Shown: positions 60,586 to 64,000 of the stretch, piece by piece
Numbering within the stretch: position 1 is the stretch's first letter
How the letters are laid out: each line of letters begins with the position of its first letter
Assembly (NCBI GenBank): GCA_965261595.1
Contig: CBDHDG010000006.1
Coordinates: 1,024,001 to 1,088,000, forward strand
From: a bacterium
GTDB taxonomy: Bacteria > UBA8248 > JACPRG01 > G963555815
Direction: 5' to 3'
DNA length: 64,000 nt
Made by a program: the position numbers and the translations under genes
Notes under the pieces: generated by a model
Database searches by the model: none
Seen by the model: only the letters and a program-made list of their open reading frames with translations
Told to the model about the DNA's origin: nothing

Positions 60586-61911
60586 TCATTTGAGTTGGGT
60601 GAACCAAAGACGTTTCTGGAAAATTCCTCCGGGAAGATTCATCCCCGCGCTCAATGGGCCTCTCGCCGCGCCCCCCCGGACTTGGGCCAGCAGATCCCGG
60701 ATCCCGGGCAGGATGTCCCGCCGGTATCGGAAAGGTTCGTCCGAAAACAAGACATGGGCGGACGCCCATGAGGTGGAGGAGGAAAGCCGGTTGGGGATCG
60801 CGTACCGCCGGCCCGCCACCGTCCGCTCGCTGAGGTCCGCGCCCCTCTTCGGGAAGATCACGTGCGCCTCGCCCCCGCTGTCCAGCCGCAAGACCAGGAT
60901 GTAAATCGGTTGGACGGTGAGAAAGCTGACCAGGTAGGAATCCGCCGTGGTCAGGACCGTTCCATCCAGCCCCTTGCGCCGCCGACCTCCGGCCTGGATG
61001 ACCTCGTACCAGACACTCAAGGGGTTCCAGGTCCAATCCTGGGGCGCCTTGGGGAGGAGGCTCCGCTTGCGAGCGGGGATTCGGGCGATGATTTCCAAGA
61101 GAGACAGAGCGCTCAGGGGCATCGAGACCCTTGCGCGCGCAATGATCAGGATGCCGCCCGGAAGGGCCGGAACCAGGCGCTTCAGCTCGGCGCTCAGGAT
61201 CACCTTCTTCCGGGTGGTTCGGTAACGGCTATCGAGAACCGTGTCCGCGGCCCCCAGGGTCGCCGCACGGTGACTGGTCTGGTGGGTGTAGGACCGGAAT
61301 CCAAGATCGCCGGGTGTCTTCTCCAAGGCCAAGTCCTGTTCCCATTTGACCATCATGTTCCTGGGAAGGACCGGTAAACGGCTCACCTGGACCAGTCTTC
61401 GGACCAGGAGGTTCTCCAGCCGCTGAGAGAGCAGGGTTCTTTGGCTCTGAGGGTTTAAGACCGCCCCCACGGCCAGCCGACCCAAGGGGGGGAGGATCCG
61501 GCGAAATTTTCCCGGCTTGAACTTCTTCTGTTCGCGCCACAGGGTTTCCACCAGGAGGGAGATCGCCCGGCCGGGGTCCGGGGCCGTCCCGGGGATGTCA
61601 ATCCAGGCTTCCTGTTTGAGGACCGGTTTCGCGGCGCAGGAGGAAAGAAAAATGAGCCCCATGGCCAGGAAAGCCGTTCGGACCCCATCGAGGCCAAACA
61701 CCTTCTTGGTTCGTGTCGGCCCAACGCTTTTCCGCCGAAGGCTCAACCGTCTGTTTCTCCGGCGATCTGTTTGGGTCCGGGTGAGAAGCCGAGGACCGTT
61801 TTCACCGAGCTCCCCGGCGGGAAATAGGGTTCGCGGCCCGTCTCCGCCGCGCGCCCGTCGGCCGAGGGGCGCTGCGACCACGGGAAAATCCCAACTCGAA
61901 AAAGTGCGCAT
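60586..61911 (-). CDS. Putative lipoprotein with FlgO-like and C-terminal DUF4384-like domains (start probably later)
   Basis: Lipobox LSSC; YILVLRLDSGG...IFP...AGRRYAIP. Confidence 0.55.
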   Translation of the reverse strand: MRTFSSWDFPVVAAPLGRRARGGDGPRTLFPAGELGENGPRLLTRTQTDRRRNRRLSLRRKSVGPTRTKKVFGLDGVRTAFLAMGLIFLSSCAAKPVLKQEAWIDIPGTAPDPGRAISLLVETLWREQKKFKPGKFRRILPPLGRLAVGAVLNPQSQRTLLSQRLENLLVRRLVQVSRLPVLPRNMMVKWEQDLALEKTPGDLGFRSYTHQTSHRAATLGAADTVLDSRYRTTRKKVILSAELKRLVPALPGGILIIARARVSMPLSALSLLEIIARIPARKRSLLPKAPQDWTWNPLSVWYEVIQAGGRRRKGLDGTVLTTADSYLVSFLTVQPIYILVLRLDSGGEAHVIFPKRGADLSERTVAGRRYAIPNRLSSSTSWASAHVLFSDEPFRYRRDILPGIRDLLAQVRGGAARGPLSAGMNLPGGIFQKRLWFTQLK

Positions 61912-62055
61912 CCGTGATTTCCCGTGTGAAGATGTCCTTGACTGAGCTTGGCAAACTCTTTAAATTCGAGTGCGGGCCGAGGTTCAAGCGTCGTTGCTTT
62001 TCCCAGCGAAACCCGAGGGCCTCCGCAAGGGAGGCTCCGATCATCATAACATTCC

Positions 62056-62721
62056 GTGTCCTCAATTCCGGAACTCGAGGGCCTCTATCGGGAGGTTCCA
62101 GCCATCAATACCGAAGGCATCGTCAAAATCTATTCCCGGTATTCGTGTTTCTACGACCTGCTGTTCAAGAACATATTCTCTGAAGGGCGGGAAGTCGCCA
62201 TCGAGCTTCTCGCCATTCGTCCGGATGAGCGGGTCTTGGACGTGGGCGCGGGTACGGGGCTATCATTGCCCCTCTTTCCGAGTTGGTGCCAAGTGGCCGC
62301 CATGGATATTTCCGAGAAGATGCTGGCCCAGGCCGCCAAGAAGATCCAAAAATTCGGATTGAGCAACGTGGGCATCGTGGCGGAGGACGCGAGCGCCATG
62401 AGTTTCCCCGACGACAGCTTCGATTGCGTCTCAGCCGCCTATGTGGCCAGCGTGGTGCCGGATCCCAACCAGTGCGTTCAGGAGATCAAGCGCGTCTGCC
62501 GACCCGGGGGCCGGATTGTCTTCCTCAATCACTTCAAGAGCCAAAATCCGCTTTTGGCCCGTCTGGAAGAGCTGTCCAACGGCCTGTGGAACAAGATGGG
62601 CTGGAACTCCAACCTGGACCTTTGGACCTTGATGGAAGAGAACGACCTCAGGATTCAAAGCGTGGAGCGGGTCAACCTCTTCGGGTACTGGAAAAGCGTC
62701 CTCTGCATCAACGAAAAGTAG
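62056..62721 (+). CDS. pmtA: Class I SAM methyltransferase, phosphatidylethanolamine N-methyltransferase-like
   Basis: Y..YDLLF..GREVA, VLDVGAGTGLSL, YVASVVPDP, PGGRIVFLNHF. Confidence 0.75.
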   Translation: MSSIPELEGLYREVPAINTEGIVKIYSRYSCFYDLLFKNIFSEGREVAIELLAIRPDERVLDVGAGTGLSLPLFPSWCQVAAMDISEKMLAQAAKKIQKFGLSNVGIVAEDASAMSFPDDSFDCVSAAYVASVVPDPNQCVQEIKRVCRPGGRIVFLNHFKSQNPLLARLEELSNGLWNKMGWNSNLDLWTLMEENDLRIQSVERVNLFGYWKSVLCINEK

Positions 62722-62786
62722 CCGCTCCCTCCCCGGCGGGAGATCCACCCGCAACCGCCCGCCTGCCCGCCTTCTGAGGTCGGGCC

Positions 62787-63734
62787 ATGCCCCCGCGCCA
62801 CCTTCTCATCGATTGCGACCCCGGCGTAGACGACGCCCTGGCGTTGATCCTGGCCTTCGCCGGCGCCGACGTACGGGCGGCGGCCGTGACCACCGTGGCC
62901 GGAAATGCTCCTGTCCACATTTGCACCCGAAACGCCCTGCGGGTCCTGGCGATCGCGTGTCCGAAGGACGCGCCTCCGGTCCATCAGGGCGCCGCCGGAC
63001 CCCTCAGCGGGATCGAGCGGGAGCGCGCCCTTCACGTCCACGGAGAGGATGGGCTGGGCAACCTGGATCCCCGCCGTTACCCCGATCCTTCCGCCGCCGC
63101 GGTCCCTCCGCCGGCGCCCGAGGCCATCGTACATTGGGCGCGCCGGCGCCCGGGCGAAGTCACGCTGGTGGCCACCGGGCCCCTGACGAATGTCGCGGCC
63201 GCCGTCCGTTCGGACCCGGAGGGGATGCGGAAGCTGCGGGAAATCATCGTCATGGGCGGCGCCGTTCGGGTTCCGGGAAACGTCACGCCCCACGCCGAGT
63301 TCAATATCTGGTCGGATCCGGAGGCGCTGGAGGTCCTGCTCGCCGAAGGCATTCCGCTGGTGCTCGTTCCCCTGGACGTGACGCACCAGGTCGTTTTGAC
63401 AAGCCGCCACCTGGACCGCCTGGGGGGGGGCGATCCCCGCACCCGTCTCATCCACGATTGCACCCGCGGATACCTGGAGCTCCATCGGGCGTCCCGGGGT
63501 CTCGACGGTTGTTACCTTCACGACCCTTTGGCCCTGGGGGTCGCGCTGGACCCGTCCTTTGTCCAAATGGAAGAGCTTGAGCTTCAGGTGGTCACCGGGG
63601 ACGCCGAAGACCGGGGGAAAACGCTGGAGGCCGCACCCGGCAGGTCCGGACGCCCCCGCGGCCGGGTCCGCGTCTGCACCGCCGTGGACGCGGAGAGGTT
63701 TATCGAATTCTTCCTCTCCCGGATCGGGGGCTGA
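62787..63734 (+). CDS. Inosine-uridine-preferring nucleoside hydrolase
   Basis: DCDPGVDD, VHGEDGLG, TGPLTNVA, AEFNIWSDPEA, LHDPLA. Confidence 0.93.
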   Translation: MPPRHLLIDCDPGVDDALALILAFAGADVRAAAVTTVAGNAPVHICTRNALRVLAIACPKDAPPVHQGAAGPLSGIERERALHVHGEDGLGNLDPRRYPDPSAAAVPPPAPEAIVHWARRRPGEVTLVATGPLTNVAAAVRSDPEGMRKLREIIVMGGAVRVPGNVTPHAEFNIWSDPEALEVLLAEGIPLVLVPLDVTHQVVLTSRHLDRLGGGDPRTRLIHDCTRGYLELHRASRGLDGCYLHDPLALGVALDPSFVQMEELELQVVTGDAEDRGKTLEAAPGRSGRPRGRVRVCTAVDAERFIEFFLSRIGG

Positions 63735-63756
63735 AGACGCTCATCGGGATCAGCGA

Positions 63757-64000
63757 ATGCATTCCCTACGCATCAACCGGTCTCCGGAAATCGTTATCGT
63801 CGGGAGCGCCAACGAAGACCTGGTCGTCCGCGCCGCCCGATTGCCGCGGCCGGGTGAAACCGTTCTGGGGGGCGGCCTGCGGGAATTCTTCGGCGGTAAA
63901 GGGGCCAACCAGGCCATCGCCGCGCACCGGGCCGGCGGCGGGTTGGGCGTGGCGTTTGTGGGAATGCTTGGGTCGGACGGTCGGGGGGACAAGTACGCCG
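63757..64000 (+). CDS. rbsK: Ribokinase, partial (runs off window end)
   Basis: VGSANEDLV..LPRPGETV..GGKGANQAIAA.RAG..VG.LGSD; not in the supplied ORF track. Confidence 0.85.
   Translation, partial: MHSLRINRSPEIVIVGSANEDLVVRAARLPRPGETVLGGGLREFFGGKGANQAIAAHRAGGGLGVAFVGMLGSDGRGDKYA

Noticed and set aside
1..64000. CRISPR array, rRNA, tRNA or riboswitch
   Set aside because: No regularly spaced repeats or recognisable structural RNA consensus seen by eye; a covariance-model scan (Rfam/tRNAscan) would be needed to exclude small RNAs

Overview
GC-rich bacterial chromosomal segment. Three host-like metabolic blocks (about 12.4-19 kb, 36.6-46 kb, 50.9-64 kb) alternate with heavily nested mobile-element debris (1-12 kb, 19-36.5 kb, 46.2-50.8 kb). 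Host blocks encode a BMP-type (nucleoside-like) ABC transporter, acetamidase/formamidase, a GlcD-like FAD oxidase, an SDH/FRD-family flavoprotein with a 2Fe-2S-only partner, a cysteine hydrolase, an MFS transporter, an amidohydrolase, an LLM oxidoreductase, a phytoene-dehydrogenase-like enzyme, RidA, a THI5-type binding protein, a flavin reductase, a WYL regulator, a PmtA-like methyltransferase, a nucleoside hydrolase and ribokinase. Mobile blocks hold six near-identical copies of a 1.4-kb IS3-family element and remnants of IS110/IS1111, IS1380, IS256, IS1595, IS407-group, IS66 (+DUF4338), IS1-like and IS6 elements. They also hold a tyrosine integrase, Fic, a ColE2-type Rep fragment and a CsgG-DUF4810-DUF799 lipoprotein operon. 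Best leads: (1) an OsmC-like protein split by the ORF caller at an in-frame UGA followed by a SECIS-like hairpin, probably a selenoprotein, in an uncharacterised four-gene redox operon; (2) a membrane-anchor-less two-subunit 'mini-SDH' flavoenzyme with rewired active-site motifs; (3) an orphan NHLP/proteusin-type RiPP precursor with an ATA start codon; (4) MITEs with IS5- and IS1380-type ends carrying GTAG-REP doublets; (5) an expanding IS3 element whose left end lacks the canonical TG and which lands at start codons. All family calls come from motif recognition by eye; no database searches were run.
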